Assembly (NCBI GenBank): GCA_902805775.1
Contig: CADCUB010000052.1
Location: forward strand, 2,666-66,665
DNA: 64,000 nt
Reading direction: 5' to 3'
Source: an uncultured Frankineae bacterium
GTDB taxonomy: Bacteria; Actinomycetota; Actinomycetes; Mycobacteriales; SCTD01
Position numbers and translations under genes: made by a program. The notes beneath the pieces were generated by a model. That model was not told the origin of the DNA. It ran no database searches and saw only the letters and a list, made by a program, of their open reading frames with translations. Positions within the stretch are counted from its first letter, which is position 1, and the number at the start of each line of letters is the position of its first letter. Positions 12,312 through 20,696 of this stretch are shown here, one piece after another.

Positions 12312-14317
12312 GCGACGACCGAGGCGGGCAGCGGCAGCACGGCGCGCACGACCGTCCCGCCGGACGCGGCGGTCTGCACCTCGCAGCGGCCGCCCAGCTC
12401 CTCGGCCCGCTCGCGCATGGAGGCCGTGCCGACGCCGGGAGTGCGCGGCAGGGGCAGGCCGCGTCCGTCGTCGGCGACCGTGAGCTCGAGCGCGGTGCCG
12501 TCGCTGCGCAGCCGTACGCAGGCCCGGGACGCCGCGGCGTGCCGGGCGACGTTGGTGAGCGCCTCCTGCACGATCCGGTAGGCCGCGACCTCGACGGCGG
12601 CCGGCAGCGCGGCGAGCTCGCCGTCGACCTCGAAGCGGACGTCGAGCTCGCCGGCCGCCGCCGGTCCGGTGGTGCGCAGCGCCTCGAGCAGCCCGAGCTC
12701 GTCGAGCGCCGGCGGGCGCAGCCCGGAGACGAGGCGGCGCACCTCCGCGACCCCGGCCTCCAGCTGGCTGCGGGCGCTGCGCACCAGCTCGCCGGCCCGG
12801 GCGGCGTCGGCGCGTCCCAGGGCCCGTTCGGCGGTCGACAGGCCGAGCGCCACGGCGGCGAGCTGCGGACCCAGGCCGTCGTGCAGGTCGCGCCGCAGCC
12901 GGCGCCGCTCCTCGGCCACCGCCGTCACCAGGCCGTGCCGTGCGAGCTCGACGTCGGAGGCCAGGCGCAGGGCGTACGCCACGGCGGCCAGCTGCCCGGC
13001 GAGGTCGTCGAGCAGCCGCCGGTCGGCGGGCTCGAGCTCGCCCGCGCCGGAGCGGGCGGCGACGGCCAGCGCGCCGAGCGTCTCGCCCTGCCAGCGCAAC
13101 GGGACCGTGTGGACGAGCGCAGCGGCGGGTGAGCCGGCCATCTCGACGGCCGGCGGTGCGCCGGGCAGGTCGACGGTCACGCGCACGGCCGGCAGCCGCA
13201 GCCCGTCGGCGACCTCCGCGGCGACGCTGCGCAGCGCCTCGCGGGGGGAGCGGCTGCCCTGCAGGGCCCGGGCCAGGTCGGTGAGCAGGCCGTACGGGTT
13301 GGCCCGGCGACCGTGCAGCATCCGCTCGACGGCCTGCTCGACCCGGCGGCGGGCCGGCGCGAAGGCCACCGCCACCGCCACCGCGCCCAGGAAGCCGGGC
13401 AGCGCCCCCCGCGAGCCGAGGGCGGCGCCGGCCCAGCCGACGACGGCGACGTAGAGCACGGCGCTGCCGGCGAGCAGGACGGCTGCGGCCAGCGTCCGGT
13501 CGACGAGCGCGTCGATGTCGTAGAGGCGGTAGCGCACGACGGCCACGCCGACCGCCGCCGGCAGCGCGAGGCTCAGCAGGTGCAGCAGCCAGCCGGTGGT
13601 GGAGAAGGCGGCGACCACCGCCACGGCCAGCCCGTAGCCGAACCACGCGACCTGCCGGCGCGCGACCGGGTCGGCTGCGCGCCAGCGCGCCACCAGGGCG
13701 GCCAGGCCGAGCGCCGCCAGCAGCGGCAGGGCCAGACCGAGCAGCGCCTGCACCGGTGCGCGGACGGCCGACAGCGCCTCGACGCCGAGCGGGTTGCCGA
13801 CGTCGTCCAGCCCCGCCACGCGGGCGGGCACGACGGCGGCGGCCGCGCAGGTGGCCAGGACGACCGCTGTCGACACCCGCAGGACGGGGCGCCACCGCGG
13901 CGAGGGCAGCCGGCCGTCGGGGAACAGCAGGGGGAGCAGCATCGCCAGCGCCGGGAAGGCGGCGGCCCACGTCCAGGCGGCCAGCCAGGCGGCGAGCCCG
14001 CCGAGGACGCCCTCGCCGCGGGTGTGGGCGGCCCCGGCGCAGGCGGCCGCGTAGACCGAGGACGCCAGCCCGACGCCCAGCAGCAGCAGCGGCAGCCGTC
14101 GGGCGGCTGCCCGGCGCAGCAGCAGGGCCGCGACGACCGCGAGCGCAGGACCGACCGTCGCCTCGGGGGTCTGCAGGGCGGTGCTGCGCGCGGCCGGCTC
14201 GGTCGACAGGTGCAGGGCGACGGTCAGGCCCGACAGCGCCAAGGCCAGCACGGCGAGGGGTACGGCCGAGAGCCGGACGGCGGCTGCCGTCCGGCTCCCG
14301 GTGGGACTGCGCTCCAC
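12308..14317 (-). CDS. sensor histidine kinase: polytopic membrane sensor, GAF-like linker, HisKA_3 and HATPase_c
   Basis: 669 aa, GTG start. H-box RRDLHDGLGPQLAAV, N-box QEALTNVARHA, G-boxes DDGRG and GVGTASMRERAEELGG. The N-terminal roughly 330 aa is almost entirely TM helices. The start codon is uncertain. Confidence 0.85.
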   Translation of the reverse strand: MERSPTGSRTAAAVRLSAVPLAVLALALSGLTVALHLSTEPAARSTALQTPEATVGPALAVVAALLLRRAAARRLPLLLLGVGLASSVYAAACAGAAHTRGEGVLGGLAAWLAAWTWAAAFPALAMLLPLLFPDGRLPSPRWRPVLRVSTAVVLATCAAAAVVPARVAGLDDVGNPLGVEALSAVRAPVQALLGLALPLLAALGLAALVARWRAADPVARRQVAWFGYGLAVAVVAAFSTTGWLLHLLSLALPAAVGVAVVRYRLYDIDALVDRTLAAAVLLAGSAVLYVAVVGWAGAALGSRGALPGFLGAVAVAVAFAPARRRVEQAVERMLHGRRANPYGLLTDLARALQGSRSPREALRSVAAEVADGLRLPAVRVTVDLPGAPPAVEMAGSPAAALVHTVPLRWQGETLGALAVAARSGAGELEPADRRLLDDLAGQLAAVAYALRLASDVELARHGLVTAVAEERRRLRRDLHDGLGPQLAAVALGLSTAERALGRADAARAGELVRSARSQLEAGVAEVRRLVSGLRPPALDELGLLEALRTTGPAAAGELDVRFEVDGELAALPAAVEVAAYRIVQEALTNVARHAAASRACVRLRSDGTALELTVADDGRGLPLPRTPGVGTASMRERAEELGGRCEVQTAASGGTVVRAVLPLPASVVA

Positions 14318-14350
14318 GGGCGGCGACGCTAGGCGGGGCGGGCAGGCCTG

Positions 14351-15025
14351 TCAGCGCTTCGCCGCAGCCCGGGCAGTCACGACCAGCCCGACCGCACCGG
14401 CCAGGAACAGCCAGTGCGGGTCGACCGGGGCGGCGCCGGCGGCGAGCAGGTCCAGCGGCAGGAACAGCGCCCAGCACACCGGCACCCAGCGCGGCACGCC
14501 GGCGGTGCGGAACAGACCGACCGTCAGGGCGAGCAGGCCACCGAACATCCCCAGCAGGAACGGTGCGACGAGCACCAGCACGAGCGGGGCGCTGTCGAGG
14601 TGGTCGAGCACCGTGAGGGCGGCTGCCCGGTCGTCCAGTCCGGCCAGGGCGTACGTGACGAGCATGAGGACGTGCACGCCGAAGAAGCCGAGTGCGCCGG
14701 CGAAGGTGAGGACGGCGCCGGCCTGCGCCGCCCGGGGGGCGCTCGGACGCAGCGCCCGGGCGACGGACTGGAGCCCGACGAGCAGCAGGACCACGCCGAG
14801 CATGCCGCCGAGGACCATCAGCAGCACGGCGACGGGGTGCGCGTCGGCGTCGGCCAGCCGGGCGGCGGGGCTGTCCCCGGAGGACAGGGCCCGGGTCAGC
14901 ACGGCCTGGCCGGTGTTGAGGGCAGCGCCGACGACCAGGGCGGCAGCCCCGAGGCGCCCGAGCCGCAGGGGCGGGGCGGTCGGAGCCGGCTGGACGGGAG
15001 CGGGGTGGGCGAGCTGTGCGGTCAT
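14351..15025 (-). CDS. polytopic membrane protein (about 6 TM helices), first gene of the sensor module
   Basis: ORF 14351..15076 trimmed to ATG 15025, which is preceded by GGAG. Very hydrophobic, with no family recognised by eye. Confidence 0.55.
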   Translation of the reverse strand: MTAQLAHPAPVQPAPTAPPLRLGRLGAAALVVGAALNTGQAVLTRALSSGDSPAARLADADAHPVAVLLMVLGGMLGVVLLLVGLQSVARALRPSAPRAAQAGAVLTFAGALGFFGVHVLMLVTYALAGLDDRAAALTVLDHLDSAPLVLVLVAPFLLGMFGGLLALTVGLFRTAGVPRWVPVCWALFLPLDLLAAGAAPVDPHWLFLAGAVGLVVTARAAAKR

Positions 15026-15162
15026 GGTGGGGAGCTCCTGGAGTGGGGCGGGGACGTCCCCCGCGCTGCCCCGCACGGTGCCGCCGGGGCTGTCCCAGGC
15101 GCAGGTGAGCGCAGTCCTGACGTGGCTGGGACACCGGTCGGCGGCGGGAGTGGTCCCGCCGG

Positions 15163-15168
15163 TAGGGT
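15163..15168 (+). promoter_or_regulatory. candidate -10 hexamer TAGGGT for an independent atpC transcript
   Basis: TANNNT lies 48 nt upstream of the atpC GTG. A GAGGAG SD lies at 15205-15210. Sequence-only inference. Confidence 0.25.
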
Positions 15169-15216
15169 GGGCGAGACGGCGCCCCGGACCCGCCGTCCCC
15201 CGGATGAGGAGCAGAA

Positions 15217-15594
15217 GTGGCGGAGCTGCACGTCGAGCTGGTGTCGGTCGAGCGAGAGGTCTGGAGCGGCGAGGCCACCCAGGTGACCGCCCGCACGACC
15301 GAGGGCGAGATCGGTGTGCTGCCCGGCCACGCCCCGCTGCTCGGTCAGCTGGCCGACGGCGGGACCGTCCGCATCCTGCAGAGCGGCGGGTCCGACGTCG
15401 TCGCCGCCGTCCACGGGGGCTTCCTGTCCGTGACCGACGAGGGTGTCACGGTGCTTGCCGAGGTCGCCGAGCTGCGCGAGGACATCGACACCGCCCGCGC
15501 CCGAGCGGCCCTCGAGCGGGCGCGCAGCGAGCAGGACGTCGCCGCGCAGCGCCGCGCCGAGAGCCGGCTGCGCGCCGCGGGGCAGCCGGCCTAG
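15217..15594 (+). CDS. atpC: F0F1 ATP synthase subunit epsilon
   Basis: 125 aa. N-terminal beta-sandwich signature (..[28 protein letters not shown]..) and a C-terminal helical hairpin. GTG start with an SD. Confidence 0.9.
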   Translation: MAELHVELVSVEREVWSGEATQVTARTTEGEIGVLPGHAPLLGQLADGGTVRILQSGGSDVVAAVHGGFLSVTDEGVTVLAEVAELREDIDTARARAALERARSEQDVAAQRRAESRLRAAGQPA

Positions 15595-15639
15595 TCCTGC
15601 CGGTCCGACGCCCCGCGACGAGCCCGCCCCCGACCCGGC

Positions 15640-16086
15640 GTGCCGGTCCTCGAGATCGCTCTCGGTCTCCCGCTGCTCGCGGTGCTGCTCGTCGTCGCCG
15701 TCGCCGTGCGGCGCCGGGGGCTGCAGGCGGCCGGCGGCGCGGTGGAGCTGAGCCTGCGGCTCAAGCGCCCCGGTCACGGACGCGGCTGGGTGAACGGCGT
15801 GGGCCGCTTCGTCGACGACGACCTGCGGTGGTACCGCGTGTTCAGCCTGTCGCTGCGCCCCCGCCGGGTGCTGTCCCGTCGCACGCTGGAGGTGGTGCGC
15901 CGCCGACCGCCGTCCGGGGCGGAGCACCGGGCGCTGTTCGAGGGGGCGGTCGTCATGGAGTGCCGGGTCGGCGACCGCCCCGTCGAGCTGGCGATGCAGC
16001 CCTCGACGGTGACCGGGTTCCTGGCCTGGCTCGAGTCGCGCCCGCCGGGTGCCACGCTGCCGGTCTGGCCGCAGCGCCCGGCCTGA
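15640..16086 (+). CDS. DUF2550-family membrane-anchored protein (Rv1312 class)
   Basis: 148 aa. N-terminal TM helix, then ..LRWYRVFSLSLRPRRVL... Conserved position after atpC in Actinobacteria. Confidence 0.75.
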   Translation: MPVLEIALGLPLLAVLLVVAVAVRRRGLQAAGGAVELSLRLKRPGHGRGWVNGVGRFVDDDLRWYRVFSLSLRPRRVLSRRTLEVVRRRPPSGAEHRALFEGAVVMECRVGDRPVELAMQPSTVTGFLAWLESRPPGATLPVWPQRPA

Positions 16087-16119
16087 CCCGGGCGGGGGAC
16101 GGCAGCCGCAGGTGAGCAG

Positions 16120-16190
16120 GCTCGGCCCGGGCGCAGGCGCCGGCTCGGCCCGTGCGCAGGCGCCGGCGCGCTGCGGCCTGCTCGGCCCGC
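16120..16190. repeat. 23-nt direct tandem repeat GCTCGGCCCG(G/T)GCGCAGGCGCCG x2 (16120-16142, 16143-16165) plus a partial third copy at 16180-16190
   Basis: Read directly from the sequence. The two full copies differ at one base. It lies in the convergent spacer between the DUF2550 gene and the adenosyltransferase gene. Confidence 0.8.
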
Positions 16191-16203
16191 TCCGCCCTTC
16201 GGC

Positions 16204-16788
16204 TCAGGCGGAGGCCCGCCGGGCGCCTCCGGGCTGCCACAGGACGTCGCCGCCGGGGTTGGCGATCCGCGACAGGATGAACAGCAGGTCCGACAGGCGG
16301 TTGAGGTAGAGCACCGGCTCGCGGTTCGTGCTCTCCGGCTCGGCCTCGAGCAGCGCCCACGTCGACCGCTCGGCGCGGCGCACCACGGTGCGCGAGACGT
16401 GCAGCAGCGCGGCCGCAGGGGTGCCGCCGGGCAGGATGAAGCTGGCGAGCTTGTCCAGGCGGTCGTTGAAGGCGTCGCAGTGCGCCTCGAGCCGCGCGGT
16501 GTAGTCCGCGGTCACGCGCAGCGGCGGGTAGGCGGGATCGGGCACCACCGGAGTGCACAGGTCGGCCCCGAGGTCGAACAGGTCGTTCTGCACCTCCAGC
16601 AGCACGTCGGCGACCTCGGGAGCGGGGGCCCCGAGCGCCAGCACCACGCCGAGCGAGCTGTTGGCCTCGTCCACGTCGGCGAACGCACCGAGGCGCACCC
16701 CGGTCTTGGACGTGCGGCTCATGTCGCCGAGGGCGGTGGTGCCGTCGTCGCCGGTCTTGGTGTAGATGCGGGTCAGGTGGACGGCCAT
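16204..16788 (-). CDS. PduO-type ATP:cob(I)alamin adenosyltransferase
   Basis: 194 aa, starting MAVHLTRIYTKTGDDGTT.., which is characteristic of PduO-type ATR (Rv1314c class). Confidence 0.9.
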   Translation of the reverse strand: MAVHLTRIYTKTGDDGTTALGDMSRTSKTGVRLGAFADVDEANSSLGVVLALGAPAPEVADVLLEVQNDLFDLGADLCTPVVPDPAYPPLRVTADYTARLEAHCDAFNDRLDKLASFILPGGTPAAALLHVSRTVVRRAERSTWALLEAEPESTNREPVLYLNRLSDLLFILSRIANPGGDVLWQPGGARRASA

Positions 16789-16841
16789 GGCAGCAGCCTA
16801 GGCACGGACCGGGACACCCACCGGGTCACGCGCGGGCGCAC

Positions 16842-18263
16842 TCACCGCGACGCGGCGAGCGCCTCCTCGACGCTGCCCCGGAAGAGCGGCCGCTCGGGGT
16901 CGCCGTCGCCGTCGAGCACCAGGAGCACGTCGTCCGTGCGCGTCGGCGGCCGGTCGATCAGGACGGCGGCCTCGGTGCCCTGGTCGGCGACCGCCTGCGG
17001 CTCGCTCGAGGCGTCGGGGGCGTACAGCACCTGCCCGGCGGCTGGCTCCGGGACGACCAGCAGCACGTCGTCGAGCAGGGCGGCGAGCAGGCTCGGCCCG
17101 GGGGCGGTCGGGTCCGACAGGGCGTACGCCGACGTGCCGTCCGCGATGTCCTCGGAGTAGGCGAAGGCGCGCGCGTCGCCGCCGTACCAACCCTGCAGGA
17201 GCACGAAGCGCCGGCCGTCGCGCTCTGCGCCGAACAGCAGCCGCACCCTGACCTGCTCGACGGGCACGCCCGCCTCCTGCGCGAAGGCCGCGACCGCCCG
17301 GTCGCGCAGGTCGTCCGGCACGGCGCCGCGCCGCGGCCAGTCGACGACGTTGGTCGGGACGGGCGGCTCGGCCCCGGCCGGCACCTCCGGGTCGCCGGAC
17401 GCACCGGCCAGGGCCGGCACGGTCGCCCGGACCAGCACGCTCCCGGAGGCGTCCAGCGCGCGGTAGGAGGCGGTGGCCCGGTCGCCCTCGAGCGGTGTCG
17501 TGGCGACTCCGTCCGCGAGCCCCGTCATCGCGACGAACTCGCTGGCCTCGTCCGGTCCGTACTCCAGGGCCGACACCTCGGGCGAGGCGACGACGACCAG
17601 CCGCGGCACCTCGTCACCCGGCAGGGCAGCGGCGAGCGCGAGGGCGGGGACGGGCAGCGGCCGGTCGACGACGAACTCCGGCCCCGCCCCGCTGCTGACG
17701 GCGTAGCCCCACCGCTGCTCGCCGCCGACGGTGGCGGCGAAGGCCAGCTCGGCCACCTGCGCGGGCTCGTCGACCTGCCCCCACAGCGGGACCAGGTCCA
17801 CCGCGGACGCCTCGACGCCGTGCCGGACGCCGAGCTCCCGTGCGATCGTCTCGACCGTGCCGTCGCCGAGCCGGGGGAGCGGTGCGCCCCGGTAGGGCCA
17901 GGGTGCGTCGAGGTCCAGGGCGTACCGCGACGTGGCGCTCCCGCCGGTCGCCCCGGGCGTCGGCCCGCCGGTCGGCGGGGCGCTCGGCGCGGTCGGTCCC
18001 GGGGTGGGGACGGTGCTCGCGCTCGGTCCGTCGCTGGCGAACCGTGCGCTGTCCGGCCCGGTCGAGCCAGGAGTGGTCAGCAGCGGCACGGCCGTGACGA
18101 CGGCGGCCACGGCGAGCGCCGAGCCGGCGACGGACGCCGCCACGCGGTTGCGCCGCATCCGGGTGGCGCGGCGCTCGATGCCGGCGAGGGGGTCGGGGGA
18201 GGGCGGGACGACGGTCGCCCGACGGAGCAGGGCGGCCCGAAGCTCGTCGTCGATGGGGCTCAT
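16842..18263 (-). CDS. membrane-anchored protein co-transcribed with the ECF sigma factor (putative anti-sigma/sensor; extracytoplasmic domain of unknown function)
   Basis: This is the real 3' part of ORF 16842..19694. ATG 18263 overlaps the sigma-gene stop (ATGA). Short cytoplasmic N-terminus, one TM helix (VAASVAGSALAVAAVVTAVPLL), a Pro/Thr/Gly linker, then a roughly 370-aa domain. Confidence 0.65.
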   Translation of the reverse strand: MSPIDDELRAALLRRATVVPPSPDPLAGIERRATRMRRNRVAASVAGSALAVAAVVTAVPLLTTPGSTGPDSARFASDGPSASTVPTPGPTAPSAPPTGGPTPGATGGSATSRYALDLDAPWPYRGAPLPRLGDGTVETIARELGVRHGVEASAVDLVPLWGQVDEPAQVAELAFAATVGGEQRWGYAVSSGAGPEFVVDRPLPVPALALAAALPGDEVPRLVVVASPEVSALEYGPDEASEFVAMTGLADGVATTPLEGDRATASYRALDASGSVLVRATVPALAGASGDPEVPAGAEPPVPTNVVDWPRRGAVPDDLRDRAVAAFAQEAGVPVEQVRVRLLFGAERDGRRFVLLQGWYGGDARAFAYSEDIADGTSAYALSDPTAPGPSLLAALLDDVLLVVPEPAAGQVLYAPDASSEPQAVADQGTEAAVLIDRPPTRTDDVLLVLDGDGDPERPLFRGSVEEALAASR

Positions 18264-18802
18264 GCGGAGGCTCCGGTGGGAAGGCTGGTGCGGGGGTCGT
18301 CGGCGGAGCCGGTGAGCAGCGAGGAGTCCTCGCGGAGCTTGGCCAGCGCCCGGGACGTCGTCGACTTGACGGTGCCGACCGTGACGCCGAGGACGGCGGC
18401 GGTCTCGGCCTCGGAGAGGTCTTCGTAGTAGCGGAGGACGACCATGGCCCGCTGGCGCTTCGGCAGCAGGGCCAGGGCCGACCACAGGGCGTCGTGCAGG
18501 TCGAGGTCGGCGGTGCTGTCGCGGCCGCCGCCGTGCTCGGGGAGCACGTCGGTGGGGTGCTCGTCGACCTTGCGCCGACGCCACCAGGAGGTCTGGGTGT
18601 TGACCATGACGCGTCGCACGTAGCCGTCCACGGCCTCCCGGTCGCGGATGCGGTCCCAGGACAGGTAGGTCTTGGCGAGCGCGGTCTGCAGCAGGTCCTC
18701 CGCATCGGCGCGGCTGCCGGTGAGCAGGTAGGCCGTGCGCAGGAGCGGACCCGAGCGGGCCACGACGTAGGAGCGGAAGTCCTCCCGCGCCTGAGCGTCC
18801 AC
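18260..18802 (-). CDS. ECF (SigE-family) RNA polymerase sigma factor
   Basis: 180 aa, GTG start after GGAGGAG. Region 2 DAEDLLQTALAKTYLSW; region 4 HTH LSEAETAAVLGVTVGTVKSTTSRALAKLR. Confidence 0.9.
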   Translation of the reverse strand: MDAQAREDFRSYVVARSGPLLRTAYLLTGSRADAEDLLQTALAKTYLSWDRIRDREAVDGYVRRVMVNTQTSWWRRRKVDEHPTDVLPEHGGGRDSTADLDLHDALWSALALLPKRQRAMVVLRYYEDLSEAETAAVLGVTVGTVKSTTSRALAKLREDSSLLTGSADDPRTSLPTGASA

Positions 18803-18908
18803 GACTTCTCCTCCGGTACGACTCCGCGATCGGCGGATCTGCAGGACAGGACGCAGGAACCGCCCGCGGAGTTGCTCCCGCCTCCCGGTCCTCCCGGTCG
18901 GCCCTTCC

Positions 18909-18914
18909 TAGACT
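18909..18914 (+). promoter_or_regulatory. candidate -10 hexamer TAGACT, 6 nt upstream of the murA ATG (possible leaderless mRNA)
   Basis: TANNNT with no SD between the hexamer and the ATG. Confidence 0.3.
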
Positions 18915-18920
18915 GCCGTC

Positions 18921-20195
18921 ATGGACCGCTTCCTCGTCTCCGGTGGTGCGCGGCTCGCGGGTCAGGTCGAGGTGAGCGGCGCCAAGAACAGCGTGCTCAA
19001 GCTCATGGCGGCCGCGCTGCTGGCCGAGGGGACCACCGTCCTCACCAACGTGCCCGACATCCTCGACGTGACGATCATGGGCGAGGTGCTGCGGCGGCTG
19101 GGCTGCCAGGTCGTCCGCGGCGACGCGCGGGTCGAGATCACCGTGCCGGCGCGGCCCGGGCACGAGGCCGACTACGACCTGGTCCGCCGGATCCGCGCGT
19201 CGATCGCCGTCCTCGGACCGCTGGTCGCGCGCTGCGGGCAGGCCAAGGTCGCCCTGCCCGGCGGGGACGCCATCGGGTCCCGGGGCCTGGACATGCACGT
19301 CGCCGGCCTGGTCAAGCTCGGGGCCAGCGTCGACAGCGAGCACGGCTACCTGATCGCGCGGGCTCCGCAGCTGTCCGGCGCCTCGGTCTGGCTCGACTTC
19401 CCCAGCGTCGGCGCCACCGAGAACCTGCTCATGGCCGCCGCCCTGGCCAAGGGCACGACGGTGATCGACAACGCCGCCCGCGAGCCCGAGATCGTCGACC
19501 TGTGCTCGATGCTCACCGACATGGGCGCGCGCATCTCCGGCACCGGCTCCAGCACGCTGGAGGTCGAGGGCGTCGACCGGCTGCACCCCGTCGAGCACGC
19601 GACGGTGACCGACCGCATCGTCGCCGGGACGTGGGCCGTCGCGGCGGTGATGACCCGCGGCGACGTCACGGTGCTCGGCGGCCGCACCGAGCACCTGGAG
19701 ATGCCGCTGGACAAGCTGGTGCAGGCCGGCGCCGAGGTGTCGCAGGTCGCGGGCGGGTTCCGGGTGCAGATGGACCGCCGACCCCGCGCCGTCGACGTCG
19801 TCACCCTGCCCTACCCCGGCTTCGCCACCGACTTCCAGCCGCTGTTCCTCGGCCTCAACACCGTCGCCGAGGGCACGGCCATGATCACCGAGAACGTCTT
19901 CGAGTCACGCTGGATGTTCGTCAACGAGCTCGTGCGCCTCGGCGCCGAGGTCCGCACCGACGGCCACCACGCAGTCGTGCGCGGTCGTGAGCAGCTGTCC
20001 GGAGCTCCGGTGACGGCGCACGACATCCGCGCCGGAGCGGGCCTGGTCCTCGCCGGGCTGGTCGCCGACGGCGTCACGGAGGTCAGCGAGGTCTCCCACA
20101 TCGACCGCGGCTACGAGGGCTTCGTCGACAAGCTGACCGCGCTCGGGGCCGACGTGCGCCGGGAGCCGGCCGTCGAGGAGCCCTGGCTGAGCTAG
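18921..20195 (+). CDS. murA: UDP-N-acetylglucosamine 1-carboxyvinyltransferase
   Basis: 424 aa. Motif [17 protein letters not shown]. The active-site loop [13 protein letters not shown] has Asp at the position of the E. coli catalytic Cys. Confidence 0.95.
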   Translation: MDRFLVSGGARLAGQVEVSGAKNSVLKLMAAALLAEGTTVLTNVPDILDVTIMGEVLRRLGCQVVRGDARVEITVPARPGHEADYDLVRRIRASIAVLGPLVARCGQAKVALPGGDAIGSRGLDMHVAGLVKLGASVDSEHGYLIARAPQLSGASVWLDFPSVGATENLLMAAALAKGTTVIDNAAREPEIVDLCSMLTDMGARISGTGSSTLEVEGVDRLHPVEHATVTDRIVAGTWAVAAVMTRGDVTVLGGRTEHLEMPLDKLVQAGAEVSQVAGGFRVQMDRRPRAVDVVTLPYPGFATDFQPLFLGLNTVAEGTAMITENVFESRWMFVNELVRLGAEVRTDGHHAVVRGREQLSGAPVTAHDIRAGAGLVLAGLVADGVTEVSEVSHIDRGYEGFVDKLTALGADVRREPAVEEPWLS

Positions 20196-20202
20196 GGCGC
20201 CG

Positions 20203-20541
20203 CTAGCTGCGGACGAGCTCGCGGGCGCGCACCGCGTCGGCCCGGAAGACCAGGACGTCGGTGCCGTCCTCCGGACCGTCGCCGGCCGCGGCCACCGTGC
20301 AGCGGATGCCCGCGTCGCGCAGGACCCCGCGCAGCATCTGGGCGTCGTCGACGGTGCGGGTGCGTGTGATCGGCACCAGCAGCCCGTAGTCGCCGCGAGC
20401 ACGCGCCCGGGCGAGGCGGCGCGCGTTGCGGTCGTCGCGGTGCGAGGTGGAGAAGACCCAGCGGCAGATGAGCATGATCACCAGCAGCGCCCCCGCGGCC
20501 ACCAGCGGGCCGAACAGGAAGGAGTAGCTCGAGTCGGTCAC
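20203..20541 (-). CDS. hypothetical small protein with an N-terminal TM helix
   Basis: ORF 20203..20682 trimmed to GTG 20541, which is preceded by AGGAGC. One TM helix (FLFGPLVAAGALLVIMLICRWVF). High GC3. Confidence 0.45.
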   Translation of the reverse strand: MTDSSYSFLFGPLVAAGALLVIMLICRWVFSTSHRDDRNARRLARARARGDYGLLVPITRTRTVDDAQMLRGVLRDAGIRCTVAAAGDGPEDGTDVLVFRADAVRARELVRS

Positions 20542-20696
20542 GCGGGAGCTCCTGGGAGACGGGCGGGTGCCACTGCAGGCGTGCAGTCCCAGTGTGCCGG
20601 AGGACGCCGGGACCTGCCGCTCGGCCGCTCCCCGCCCGCGACGATGTCCACCCGGCGGGTGGCGACGAAGGCGCGGCCGCACCGTCCCGGCCCCCC

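Noticed and set aside
11607-15216. Whether the two-component module between atpD and atpC is a mobile element or genomic island
   Set aside because: There is no integrase, transposase or tRNA target, and I found no terminal inverted or flanking direct repeats. Base composition looks the same as the surroundings. It is kept as a synteny anomaly, not called a mobile element.
11670-15296. 1208-aa ORF on the minus strand spanning the whole atpD-atpC interval
   Set aside because: Only the last 642 nt (the LuxR-type regulator) is real. Upstream it runs in an alternate frame across the kinase and membrane-protein genes and gives an Arg/Pro/Ala-rich nonsense sequence.
18850-18875. ECF-type promoter-like motif on the minus strand upstream of the sigma gene (GCAAC-N17-CGTC)
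   Set aside because: It is a single imperfect match to a loose consensus in GC-rich sequence. This is too weak to annotate without a TSS or conservation data.
20545-20640. Cobalamin-riboswitch-like fragments (GCCACTG at about 20569 and GGGACCTGCC at about 20609) upstream of the B12-dependent mutase gene
   Set aside because: The 5' conserved core of the riboswitch (GGUG..AA.UCC..CCC) is absent, and the region is too short. Known B12 riboswitches control B12-independent isozymes, biosynthesis or transport rather than B12-dependent mutases. A candidate -10 box 6 nt upstream of the ATG would also exclude this region from the mRNA. A covariance-model search (Rfam RF00174) would settle it.
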